Source: Nemertoderma westbladi (lineage: Eukaryota; Animalia; Xenacoelomorpha). From it: DNA of 64,000 nucleotides. The position numbers and the translations under genes were made by a program. How positions within the stretch are numbered: position 1 is the first letter of the stretch; each line of letters begins with the position of its first letter. Of the stretch, positions 11,846 to 21,109 are shown in pieces. The notes below the pieces were generated by a model, which searched no databases, was not told where the DNA came from, and worked only from the letters and a program-made list of their open reading frames with translations. Where the stretch lies: NCBI GenBank assembly GCA_032718475.1, contig JAUCBJ010003036.1:26256-90255 (forward strand). The letters run 5' to 3'.

Positions 11846-12553
11846 TTATCCAGAAGAGTTTGGGATTGGTGGGCTACGACGATCAATGGTTTTCCTAGTT
11901 GGTAGGGTAGTCAACGACTCAAGGTCGGATTGGTTCGCAATGCGCAGTGGTAAATCATTTTCTTTAATGCGAATCATAACAACTCCATTGAATGAATATA
12001 CCGCTCGTATTTCGTGTTTACGTTGTAGCTCACGCGCTTTGTTGTACAGCTCAGCCCGGGATGGAATTAGATGTTCCGTTACGTATAACGGATTTGGCAA
12101 CGATTTTTTACTCCGGATAGCTTGTAGTCGAGAAGCGTGGCCTAGAAGGCGTATTATAATAGGGCGACATTTAACTTTACCGTCTCCAGCAGCCCTTTCC
12201 TTGATTTTCTTGCCTAGCCTGTGGAACACATCGATCATAGAAGGAGGAATTCCGAGTTTATTTGTAATATCAAAGACAGCGGAACGTTCTTCATCTGGGT
12301 TGGTGTTTTCTGGTACAGCATGAATTAAGATATCGTGACGGCGAGAGTACTGGGCCAACTCTTCGTTTTCTGCTTTTAGCTGCTTGTTTTCTTTGACTAG
12401 ATGATCAATGTTTTTTATCATGCCGGGGATAATCTTTAGAGTATCTTTTATTGCCGCGACGTCGTCTTTGATACCACTGAGGGATTTCAATTCGCTTTTA
12501 AGGATTTCGAGAGAATCCAGAATATCGTCACCTACGTCTTGCCATCGAGTCAT
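11846..12553 (-). CDS. LINE ORF1 (coiled coil plus RRM-like domain)
   Basis: 235 aa. Coiled coil followed by QYSRRHDILIHAVPE, HRLG, RPIIIR and YVTEHL motifs typical of CR1/L2-group ORF1. Lies upstream of ORF2 on the same strand. Confidence 0.85.
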   Translation of the reverse strand: MTRWQDVGDDILDSLEILKSELKSLSGIKDDVAAIKDTLKIIPGMIKNIDHLVKENKQLKAENEELAQYSRRHDILIHAVPENTNPDEERSAVFDITNKLGIPPSMIDVFHRLGKKIKERAAGDGKVKCRPIIIRLLGHASRLQAIRSKKSLPNPLYVTEHLIPSRAELYNKARELQRKHEIRAVYSFNGVVMIRIKENDLPLRIANQSDLESLTTLPTRKTIDRRSPPIPNSSG

Positions 12554-12734
12554 TTTGTGAACAGTTGGTGCGGAGGGTCGGTGCTGGCCAACGAGTTTAG
12601 CGTCTTACCGGTATCGCGGTAGTTACAGAGTTAGGCCTAATTATTTTGGAGATCAGCCAGTCTGTCAGTCAGTTGCCTACATCAAGTGAAGTACCGGTAC
12701 CTGTACATCACCACTCAATCCAAATCATCAATAA

Positions 12735-15700
12735 TCAATTATTTTTATCAAAATCACATTTCTGTTTAATCTTGTTATTCTTCCTTCGTTTCTCAACAGT
12801 TATCCATTGGTCAGAAGAAATTGGAGTAAAAGATTCTGCTATTGCAGGTAAACAGGTGTTTATTCGACGACCAAACATTAAAGTAGCTGGAGCTACACCG
12901 GTTGAAGAATGTTGAGATGCAGCTAATTCCATAAACCCTTGAGCGAATTCATCTGAATGAAAGTCGCCATCAACTCGTTCTAATAATAACTTGACCTTTT
13001 TCACTGCGGCTTCTGCAGATCCATTGCTTTGGGGAAATTTTGGCGAACTAGGGCACCAATGGATTGACCAAGTTTTGAACCAAATCATCATTTCTTCTGA
13101 TGAAAAACAAGTTTGACCATCAGATCTGATTACTTGAGGTACTCCATACTCCATGAATAATGCGCGAAGTAGTTTTTTTATATATGATGATGATGTTGAC
13201 TCATCGCAAAGGCGAATCCACAAGAATCCTGTTAACTCATCAACAATTATGAGAAATTCCTGGCCCCCATACTTTGCAAAGTCCGTGCACAATACCTCCA
13301 TTGGCCTTGTTGCACAAGGATAGGGAGTGAGTGGTTCAGCCGGAAGTGCTGGTCTAGATCTCTGACATGCATGACACTCATTCACCACTCGTTCAACGTC
13401 ATCTCCAAGTCCAGGCCAATAGAAAAGTTCTCGTGCTCTAGCTTTCATCTTCTCTATTCCTGTGTGTGACTTGTGTAATTTACTCAATAATTCTGGTATT
13501 AATAATTGAGGAGGTATAAGCCGCTGGTTTCTGAGGATAACTCCATCATTTCCAACTGTTAACTCATGTTTTATCTTTTTAAATTTTCTTGAATAATTGT
13601 TTTTTGAGAAATCGCCGGTATTTAATGCTACTATCAGTGATTGGTAATCCTGGTCTTCCATAGCCTTTGATCGTACCTGATCTAATCCTCTGTTGGGTAT
13701 GAACTCTTTAACTGCTTCAGTCACGGCTGCTGCACAAATGGTTGCAAACTGATCAATATCAGTATTATCATCTTCATCTGGAGGTGAACAAGGGTATCGA
13801 GATAATGCGTCTGCCACATTATTTTCTTCTCCTTTTTTCCACTCAACTGTAAAATTAAATCCAGTGAGTTTTGTTCGCCAATTTAGTATTCTTTTATTTT
13901 CTATCTCTGCAAGACTTTGTATATTGAAGATTGTCGTCAGTGCTCGGTGATCGGTTTGGATTGTGAAATGTGGACATCCCTCAACGTATATTTTAGTTTT
14001 GTTAATGGCCCAGTAGATTGCCAATGTTTCAAGTTCTACTGCTGCATAATTTTCTTCTGCCGATCGTAACATGCGGCTGCCACATTGAAGTAGTGTCCGT
14101 GGTTCATTCAACTCCCCCTCCTGGAAGAGAGCAAATCCAAGTCCACAAGTACTTGCATCTGTTTCTAAGATGAGATGTTTACCTCGTTCAAACATTCCGA
14201 GAATAGGTGGTGACAATAAAATATCCTTTGTTTTTTCCATTGCCTCAGTGTGTTCTTGTAACCAATGAAATGTGTTACGAGTTTGTAATATATTTCGGAA
14301 TGGGGTCATTGTTTGTGCTAAATTTGGAATAAATGATGCCATCTGGTTGGCTAAACCAACAAATGAGCGTAAGTCTGTTCTTGTCTTTGGAATAGGAAAT
14401 GACCTAATAGCTTCCACTTTACGTGAATCAGCTGTAATATGTCCAGCTGATATATGATAGCCAACAAAGTCAATTTGTTCTGTCGCCAATACACTCTTTG
14501 TAGAACTAATTGTGAACCCATGTTTCACACAACGTTCTAGAACTTCTGCCACATTTAGAACAAGTTCAGGTAATGTCTCCTTTCCAATAGCAATATCATC
14601 CATGACTTTCGATAAGTCATCAATGCCATTGAGTGCCACATCCCCACGGAATGAAAAGGCATCTCCAGTGCTGGAAAAACCCATGGGACTACGTAAAAAG
14701 CGAAATTTACCTTTATTTGTTAGAAAAACGGTCATCCAGGAACTTTCATTATCGAGCTCCATTTGCCAATATCCTTTTACGAGATCTATTTTAGCAAAGA
14801 ATCGGTGGTTCCGTTGAAACACATTCACAGCCTCCGCAGGTGTGGGTACTCTATGGATAGTGCGATCTATCTGATCATTGAGTTTCTTCAGGTCAACACA
14901 AATACGGACATCTCCTGATGGTTTGCCAACAACCACCAGTGGGTGACACCATGGTGTTGGTGTATCCCCAACAGGTGTGATGATTCCGCGATTCAACATA
15001 TAATTTAAGGCTTCATCAACCTTTTCCTTCAAATGAATTGGGATTGGTCGTGCTGCTGTAATGGCACTTGGAGTAGCATCTTCCTTGAGAAAAAAATGCA
15101 TTGGTTCTCCAACTATGGGGAACTCCTTATGTTTGCTCATGGGCTTCTCTGCCCCTGGTCTAGTCCTTTCACATCCTCTCCCTTTCCAACACTCTCCGGA
15201 TCTGTGTCCTTTTACCACACATCGATGACATAGTCCGTTTGCATCTGTGTAGGCTACACGATCTCGTTTGGGCAACGCTTGCCAGTACTTGCAACTCCTG
15301 GTCTTATGGGTTCCGTCCCGATGTAATTGACATTGGAATCCTGGATTATAGCGTTTCCTGTATAGTCCTTCACGTATCGCGCTTAGGTTTATATGTACCG
15401 ATTTAATGTTTTGGTTGTCTAGACTCGGCCTACTGGGTATATTGGGATTGTGTTTATTTTTGGTGTTATTTTCTTTCTGTCCCTGCCACGGTGTGGTCCT
15501 ACTACCAGCTAACTGTGGACTGGTAGTCCCCTGTACGGCCGCGTGTGGTGGTGACTGTCCGCACGACCTGCTCTCGTCCAGGGAGTTCGATGTTCTTGCT
15601 CCTATCGGGGTATATTGTCGATATTGTGATGGGGGAATGTCACCCTGTCCCCCCCCAGCCGGTATGTTTGGTACTGGGGTTGATGTTAATATATTGGGGC

Positions 15701-16577
15701 CCATACATCTATCTCCAATAACTCCCCCCTCCCCTGGATATATGTTATGTCCCTGTGTATTATAGTCATGCTGCTGTACCGATATAGGCCTACCTACCTC
15801 TCGCCTACCTACCGGTATGTACTCCGCGGCTCCCGGGTTTAACCCCGTCGCTCGCGCTACCCCATCGCCTACTCTATCTCTCCCAGCATGGCCTATAATA
15901 GTATGTGCAGTAAGGCCTACAGTATGTCCTGCAGTCTGCATGTGCCCTTTGGAACCGAAGTTTATTCTTCGCGAATCTCGAATCTCCCCGCGACTACTGC
16001 ACTCTCGATCGGCAGCTATATCCCGTCGGGAAGCTTCTCTCCGATCCCCTCTCCTGTTCTCGACTCTGTATTGGTACGTCTTGTACCCCTCTCTTGGCGT
16101 GCGGTGCGTTTCTCCGGGGCGACGGCAATCTCCCGAAGTTCGACCCCACTGGCTCCCTGACTCCATCTCTACTGTCGACGGTCCGTTATCCGTCCTCGCA
16201 CTGCTATCGTTCGTGGCGACACTTCTTCTACTATCTTCTCTTCTTCTCTTTTCTGTGTAGTATTCCGGCTCGTGAGGTCTCTCGTCGACTTCCCGGTTAA
16301 ACTCCACTGTTCTTCTTCTCTCTTCTGATCGGGCTCGACGCTTCGTCTGCCCTCTCGCGACGTCAACCTGCCTCTCTCTGCTCGATCGCACGCCGCTGGG
16401 GACACTCGCAATCCCCCTATTACTCTCCGTCGCCGGGTGTTGCGGTTTACCTGATTCGGCCCGCGCATTATCCGCTGACGGCTGTGGGACACTCTCTGCC
16501 CCCCCTCTCTCTCTACTAATCTCTCGCGGTGGGGTGCCCGTAGCCCCCCCCCCCCCACCCGCCACTTCTAACTTCAC
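12735..16577 (-). CDS. Element B fusion ORF: low-complexity Gag segment with Zn knuckles fused to Mag-like Gypsy RT-RNaseH-integrase (no protease, IN C-terminus truncated)
   Basis: Knuckles CQLHRDGTHKTRSC and CHRCVVKGHRSGEC. RT: WCHPLVVV, RICVDL, DLVKGYWQ, PMG, VMDD. RH: ETDAS, ELETLA, TDH. IN: HKSHTG...CHAC, TDF, RSDG, SNGSAE. The assigned start codon is probably not real. Confidence 0.85.
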   Translation of the reverse strand: MKLEVAGGGGGATGTPPREISRERGGAESVPQPSADNARAESGKPQHPATESNRGIASVPSGVRSSRERQVDVARGQTKRRARSEERRRTVEFNREVDERPHEPEYYTEKRRREDSRRSVATNDSSARTDNGPSTVEMESGSQWGRTSGDCRRPGETHRTPREGYKTYQYRVENRRGDRREASRRDIAADRECSSRGEIRDSRRINFGSKGHMQTAGHTVGLTAHTIIGHAGRDRVGDGVARATGLNPGAAEYIPVGRREVGRPISVQQHDYNTQGHNIYPGEGGVIGDRCMGPNILTSTPVPNIPAGGGQGDIPPSQYRQYTPIGARTSNSLDESRSCGQSPPHAAVQGTTSPQLAGSRTTPWQGQKENNTKNKHNPNIPSRPSLDNQNIKSVHINLSAIREGLYRKRYNPGFQCQLHRDGTHKTRSCKYWQALPKRDRVAYTDANGLCHRCVVKGHRSGECWKGRGCERTRPGAEKPMSKHKEFPIVGEPMHFFLKEDATPSAITAARPIPIHLKEKVDEALNYMLNRGIITPVGDTPTPWCHPLVVVGKPSGDVRICVDLKKLNDQIDRTIHRVPTPAEAVNVFQRNHRFFAKIDLVKGYWQMELDNESSWMTVFLTNKGKFRFLRSPMGFSSTGDAFSFRGDVALNGIDDLSKVMDDIAIGKETLPELVLNVAEVLERCVKHGFTISSTKSVLATEQIDFVGYHISAGHITADSRKVEAIRSFPIPKTRTDLRSFVGLANQMASFIPNLAQTMTPFRNILQTRNTFHWLQEHTEAMEKTKDILLSPPILGMFERGKHLILETDASTCGLGFALFQEGELNEPRTLLQCGSRMLRSAEENYAAVELETLAIYWAINKTKIYVEGCPHFTIQTDHRALTTIFNIQSLAEIENKRILNWRTKLTGFNFTVEWKKGEENNVADALSRYPCSPPDEDDNTDIDQFATICAAAVTEAVKEFIPNRGLDQVRSKAMEDQDYQSLIVALNTGDFSKNNYSRKFKKIKHELTVGNDGVILRNQRLIPPQLLIPELLSKLHKSHTGIEKMKARARELFYWPGLGDDVERVVNECHACQRSRPALPAEPLTPYPCATRPMEVLCTDFAKYGGQEFLIIVDELTGFLWIRLCDESTSSSYIKKLLRALFMEYGVPQVIRSDGQTCFSSEEMMIWFKTWSIHWCPSSPKFPQSNGSAEAAVKKVKLLLERVDGDFHSDEFAQGFMELAASQHSSTGVAPATLMFGRRINTCLPAIAESFTPISSDQWITVEKRRKNNKIKQKCDFDKNN

Positions 16578-16712
16578 TATTTCTTACTACACTTCTATAC
16601 CCCTCTTGTGGAACATTCTCTGCCCCCCCTCTCTCGCCACTAATCTTATGTGGTGGGGCGCCCGTAGCCCCCCCCCCACCCGCCACATCTAACTTCAATA
16701 TCTCTTACTTCG
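16486..16712. repeat. ~123-bp tandem duplication in element B gag, each copy with a poly-C tract
   Basis: Two diverged copies of ...CTCTGCCCCCCCTCTCTC...CCCGTAG(C)nACCCGCCAC...AACTTCA. Confidence 0.85.
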
Positions 16713-18502
16713 TCTCTACACCCCTCTCTAGTCGACGCGCTGTCTCTACTACGGCTGGGTCTATTCACCCCCGCCTCCCTCTCTACTACTGCGTGGCCCA
16801 TCAGGCCTACTTCGGGTTGGCTCAACCCCGCTACCTCCTGCCTACTAACTACGTGGCCTGCCAGGCCGCCGTCGGGTTGGCTCAACCATGCCACCTCCTG
16901 CCTACTAACTACGTGGCCTACCAGGCCCCCGTCTGCCGGGTTATGTACGTCCGACACGCTCACATTAATAGCACCATTCCCAATATTATTTGTTAAATCA
17001 ATTAAATTATTAGAATTTGAAACGGGATTATTATTTAAATTATTTAAATTACTTAGATCACTACCATTCTCTAAACTTAAATTATTATTCGAATTATTTT
17101 GCGAGTTTGAATTGAAATTATTATTTAGAGTATTTGTATTTAAATTACTACTACCTGGTAAAATATTATTATTTCCTGTAATAAAGGGATTAGGGTTATC
17201 TACTACGGTACTATTAATATTAACATTTCTTAACGTACTACTACTACCCCCCCCCCCCCCGCCCGTACGGCTACACCAGTTCTGGCTCTCTCGCCCGGTG
17301 CCTGTAAGTGGGGTCTCACTCTCTGACAGTTCCAACCGCGCCAGTTTTAGTCGGCGCTGATTCAGTTCGGCTTGATATTGCGCAAGCCTCCCTATCCGGG
17401 CACATAAATCATCCCGCTCACGCTCTTTCTCTATCTCTCTCTCTCTGTACCCTCATAAACTTTGCTCGGCCGTCTCTCTCGCAAGCATATCAAACCAGCT
17501 CGCCGGCTCGCTCTCTACTCTCATCTCCCGATCTCTACGCTCCTCGGCTCTCTCTCTATTCTCCCTTGCAAACTCTAATAATCTGGTTTCACTCCTCAGT
17601 CGCCCCTCTAACTGTTTCTGCTCTGCCGCCGCCATTCCTAATTTAAACTTTAGATTTATCTTCAGCACCCTTCTTTCTTTCGCGGAGGATGTAGCAGACT
17701 TATCGGTTGCGACGGACTCCCGTCGCCCCTCCGTCCTACCAACTTTCCCCCGCTTCCCGGAACTTCCTCCAACCGACGAGACCGAATCCTCGGAGTTAAC
17801 CTCGGATTCGCCCTCCCCAGGTCTCTTCCAACCCACTAACTTAAATTCCCTGGCATCGACTAAGTATGGCCCTATGTACACTACACCAGGCCCCATACCC
17901 CTACGTTGCCATAGCCAAAACAGTTCGAAGGCAACCCCTCTCGCTCTCTCCCTGGCCAGTTCTCCCTGCCCAGAACGCACTAGGTGATCAAAGTATCTGT
18001 TCGACTCACCTAGTCGTCTCCTCAGTCTCACCTCGTCTATCTTCGCCCCTCCTTTGGCCTCTCTCAGTTGCTCCCGGGTCGCGAGGTAGGCCCGTCGAAG
18101 TCGATCAGAAACCCCGACGTCCTCGTCGCCGACCTCTCCTCCGTCTCTCCGGGTCCGACGTCGTACCGACGGCCCCACCGTCGCCGTTCCGGTGGACCGT
18201 TCGTCGTCCTCAGCCTGTGGCTGGCCGGTGACATCGGTATGTCGACCCTCACTCCGCGTCGACTCGTCTTTCTCTTCTCCTCCCTTCTCGTCTCCTTCCC
18301 TCGACTCGCTCTCCGGTTGTAGACGACCCCCCACATCTTGGTTCGCCGGGTTGCTCGTTATCGACGTGGCGTCAACCTGCGTCGACGTGGTCGGCGTAGC
18401 ATCGATCGGCGTCGTGGGTTCGTATCGTCTCGCCGTGGCCTCGCGGATCGTTAGATCGTCGTCCGGGGTCCGCGGCGGTGTCGTTCCTCTATCTCGACTC
18501 AT
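16516..18502 (-). pseudogene. Element B gag N-terminal part, split over three frames (ORFs 17453-18502, 16646-17335, 16516-16698)
   Basis: Starts about 90 bp after the 5' LTR. Contains a SEDSVSSVG motif followed by a Ser-rich stretch and a coiled coil, reminiscent of BEL/Pao Gag N-termini. The frames overlap each other and the downstream fusion ORF. Confidence 0.6.
16790..16935. repeat. 60-bp tandem repeat (~2.5 copies) in element B gag
   Basis: Encodes DGGL(V/A)GHVVSRQEVA(W/G)LSQP repeats. Confidence 0.85.
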
Positions 18503-18591
18503 CTTCGTCTTTAGTAGCTGGTCGTCGCTAGCTAGGACGGTAGCTCTATTCTATCTCTGTCAGGGCAGCTGGGCGGATCTGATTCTGTCAC

Positions 18592-19117
18592 TGTGACGGG
18601 ATCTACGGATCCCGGTTTATCCGTTGGGTTTTCTATCCACGCGTCCCCGCCGTGTGTGAAAGGTAAAAGAGTTCTGGTGTTCGGTTATATGTATAAGGTA
18701 TAATAGTCTGATATATATATAGTATAACACAACAGGTAATATAAGTATGATGGCGGTAGCGGACGGTGACAGAAGTCCCCGTTCCACCCTACTGATCTGA
18801 CTGAGTAAACTGAATGAATGATTACAGGTTACTGGTTATATTGCACGGTGGCCTTATTGCTACTCAATCGATGCCTTGCCCCCCTCTGATTGGTTGATAT
18901 CCCTGTTGGCACCCTTTGGAGTGTTTCCCTTCACTCCCTGTGTTCTCTCTCGGTTAGGGGTTTGGCCCCTGACCCTTATTGTGTGTGTCTCCTTTGGGGC
19001 CTATTGTCCCCGTTTACTGGGCTGACACGAGGTTGATTGGTAATCAACCTCGTGCTCCCAATATTGCTTTATGTCTCACTCTATGGGTTTGTGTTAGCGG
19101 AATTGGATAAGCTAACA
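18592..19117 (-). repeat. Element B 5' LTR
   Basis: 526 bp, TGT...ACA, followed by the TSD CTGAA. Confidence 0.97.
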
Positions 19118-21109
19118 CTGAAGGAGTCGGGTTAGGTCTGGATCAGTCTTCTGAGCTTTTGCCATGTCGGCAAAATCGATAGTGACTGGCAGGATGGGTG
19201 CTAAGTCAATGGCATCGTTCGTAAACGGTGTGGATGCAGCATCGGAGGCTGACCTCGACATTGCGTCGGCAACAGCATTGTCTCTCCCTGGAAGGTGCAC
19301 CAGGTCAGTAGTAAACTCGGAGATGTAACATAAATGGCGGATCTGGCGTGGTGTCCTATCTGCAGATGATGTGATGACGCCGACCAATGGTTTGTGGTCG
19401 GTAAAAACAGTGAATTTTCGCCCCTCGACGTACCAGGCAAAGTTCCTGATGGCCAGGTAGACTGCCAGTAGCTCACGATCGAAGGTGCTGTATTTAGTTT
19501 CAGCCAACTTCATTTTTGCTGAAAAGAAGGAGAGAGGAACCCACATTCCATCCTGGAATTGTTCAAGGACAGCGCCGACTGCACGGTCAGATGCATCTGT
19601 GGAGATAGCAGTAAGGGCTCCCTCTCGGGGAAAAGCAAGAGTCGCGGCATTGAGCAGCAGCATCTTGACCTCCTGAAATGCATGAAACTGGGGCCAATTC
19701 CACTCCAGTCGTGTTGGTTTACCTGCCAGAACCTTGTGGAGAGGTTGGAGGACGTGGGCGGCATGGGAGAGGAAGCGTCTATAGAAGTTTATGACACCCA
19801 AGAACTCCTGAAGGTCTCTGACTGTTACCGGTTCTGGGTACTGCTGGATTGCATCGATTCTGTCAGATGGTGGGTGGATGCCATCAGCAGAGATGGAGTG
19901 TCCCAGGATTGTGAGACTAGGAACACCGAAGACACACTTTTCAAGGTTGATCACCAGCCCATTTGCTGCGAGACGCCCACATAGCATCCTGACATCCTTC
20001 TCATGGTCAACCATCCCACAACTACCGATGAGAATGTCGTCCTGGTAGGGCTTGGAGGCTGGCACTGGTTCGCATACCTCATCCATCAGTCTCTGCTGTG
20101 CCTGAGATGCATTGGACAGTCCAAACCCGACTCTGGTAGACTCGAACAGGCCGAACGGAGTCGTTATTGCTGTCTTTGCTATGTCGTCTTCATGGACAGG
20201 GATCTGATTGTAGGCGCGTTTGAGGTCAATCTTAGTAAAGAGATTGCAACCTGCGAATGTGTGTGCAAAGTCCTGGATGTTGGGCAGTGGGTATGAGTCA
20301 TCCTCTGTGATTGAGTTCAATTTGCGGTAATCACCGCATGGGCGCCAAGAACCATCTGGCTTTGGCACCATGTGGAGTGGGCTGCTCCAGGCGCTCTTGG
20401 ACCGCCGCATGCTGCCATCGGCAACTTGCCCAAGAATGACTCTCTTGGCAATTGCCAACTTTTCAGGAGAGAGTCTGCGTGGTTTCGACCGGACAGGCGG
20501 CCCATGGGTAGGTATATGGTGGGTTACACCATGGGCGACTGTCTTCGAAGAGAAATCTGGCTGAGTAATCGACGGAAACTCGGCCAGGATGTCATTCCAG
20601 CGACTGCTGGAAGATGGCAGGAGGGAGGAGATGCTTGGGCAGTGCCCATATGCCAGGATCTGGAGGGAGGCAAAGTCGATGCAAACACCCAAAAAGCGGA
20701 GGATGTCTAGGCCAATGATAGGGCAGATGACATCGGCGACAGTGAACAACCAAGAAGTCGGTTCATGGTGTGGCAGTGCCACAATCTGTCGCCTGAATCC
20801 ATAAGTTTTGATGTTGGCACCATCTGCTGCACGGAGCGACCCGGTAGGGTCGCCATAGCGGTCCCCCGCAACAGCGGGAAGGACGGAAACAGTTGCACCC
20901 GAGTCGACCAGGAATTTGACACCAGACTCCTGGTCCCGGACATACATGAGAGAGGCCCCAGCACTATAGGCGGACCCACCTACAGCATAGATCGACCCAT
21001 GGAGGAAAAGCAACGGTTCGACGGTGCCGTTGTCTCGCACATGAGAGATCAGGCCATTGTAGTTGACGCCGGTCGCCTTGCCTATTGGCGACCGGCACGT
21101 GCGTTTCCC
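19118..21109 (-). pseudogene. Element A pol, 5' part: protease, RT, RNase H (interrupted by element B)
   Basis: PR: FLVDSGATVSV. RT: WRPCGDYRKLN, KIDLKRAY, YQDD. RH: STDASD, DRELLA, TDHKPL. Within ORF 19112-21205. Confidence 0.95.
21068..21109 (-). promoter_or_regulatory. -1 programmed ribosomal frameshift signal (gag-pol)
   Basis: Slippery heptamer G GGA AAC (21109-21103) in the gag frame, a 6-nt spacer, then a perfect 10-bp stem GCCGGTCGCC / GGCGACCGGC with a 9-nt loop. Pol is in the -1 frame. Confidence 0.85.

Larger units (their letters stand above)
7622..12740 (-). mobile_element. Full-length CR1/L2-group non-LTR retrotransposon nested in element B
   Basis: ORF1 and ORF2 are both open. 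The 3' end on the minus strand reads AATAAATTGAAAATTGAAAAAAAAA, preceded by a stem-loop GTAGCAGGC...GTCTGCTAC. The 5' boundary is approximate (where the Gypsy integrase sequence stops). No TSD found. Confidence 0.88.
4908..19117 (-). mobile_element. Element B: chimeric/defective LTR retrotransposon inserted in element A pol
   Basis: 526-bp LTRs TGT...ACA at 4908-5433 and 18592-19117; 5-bp TSD CTGAA (4903-4907 / 19118-19122); PPT GGGGGGGAG next to the 3' LTR. Confidence 0.93.
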
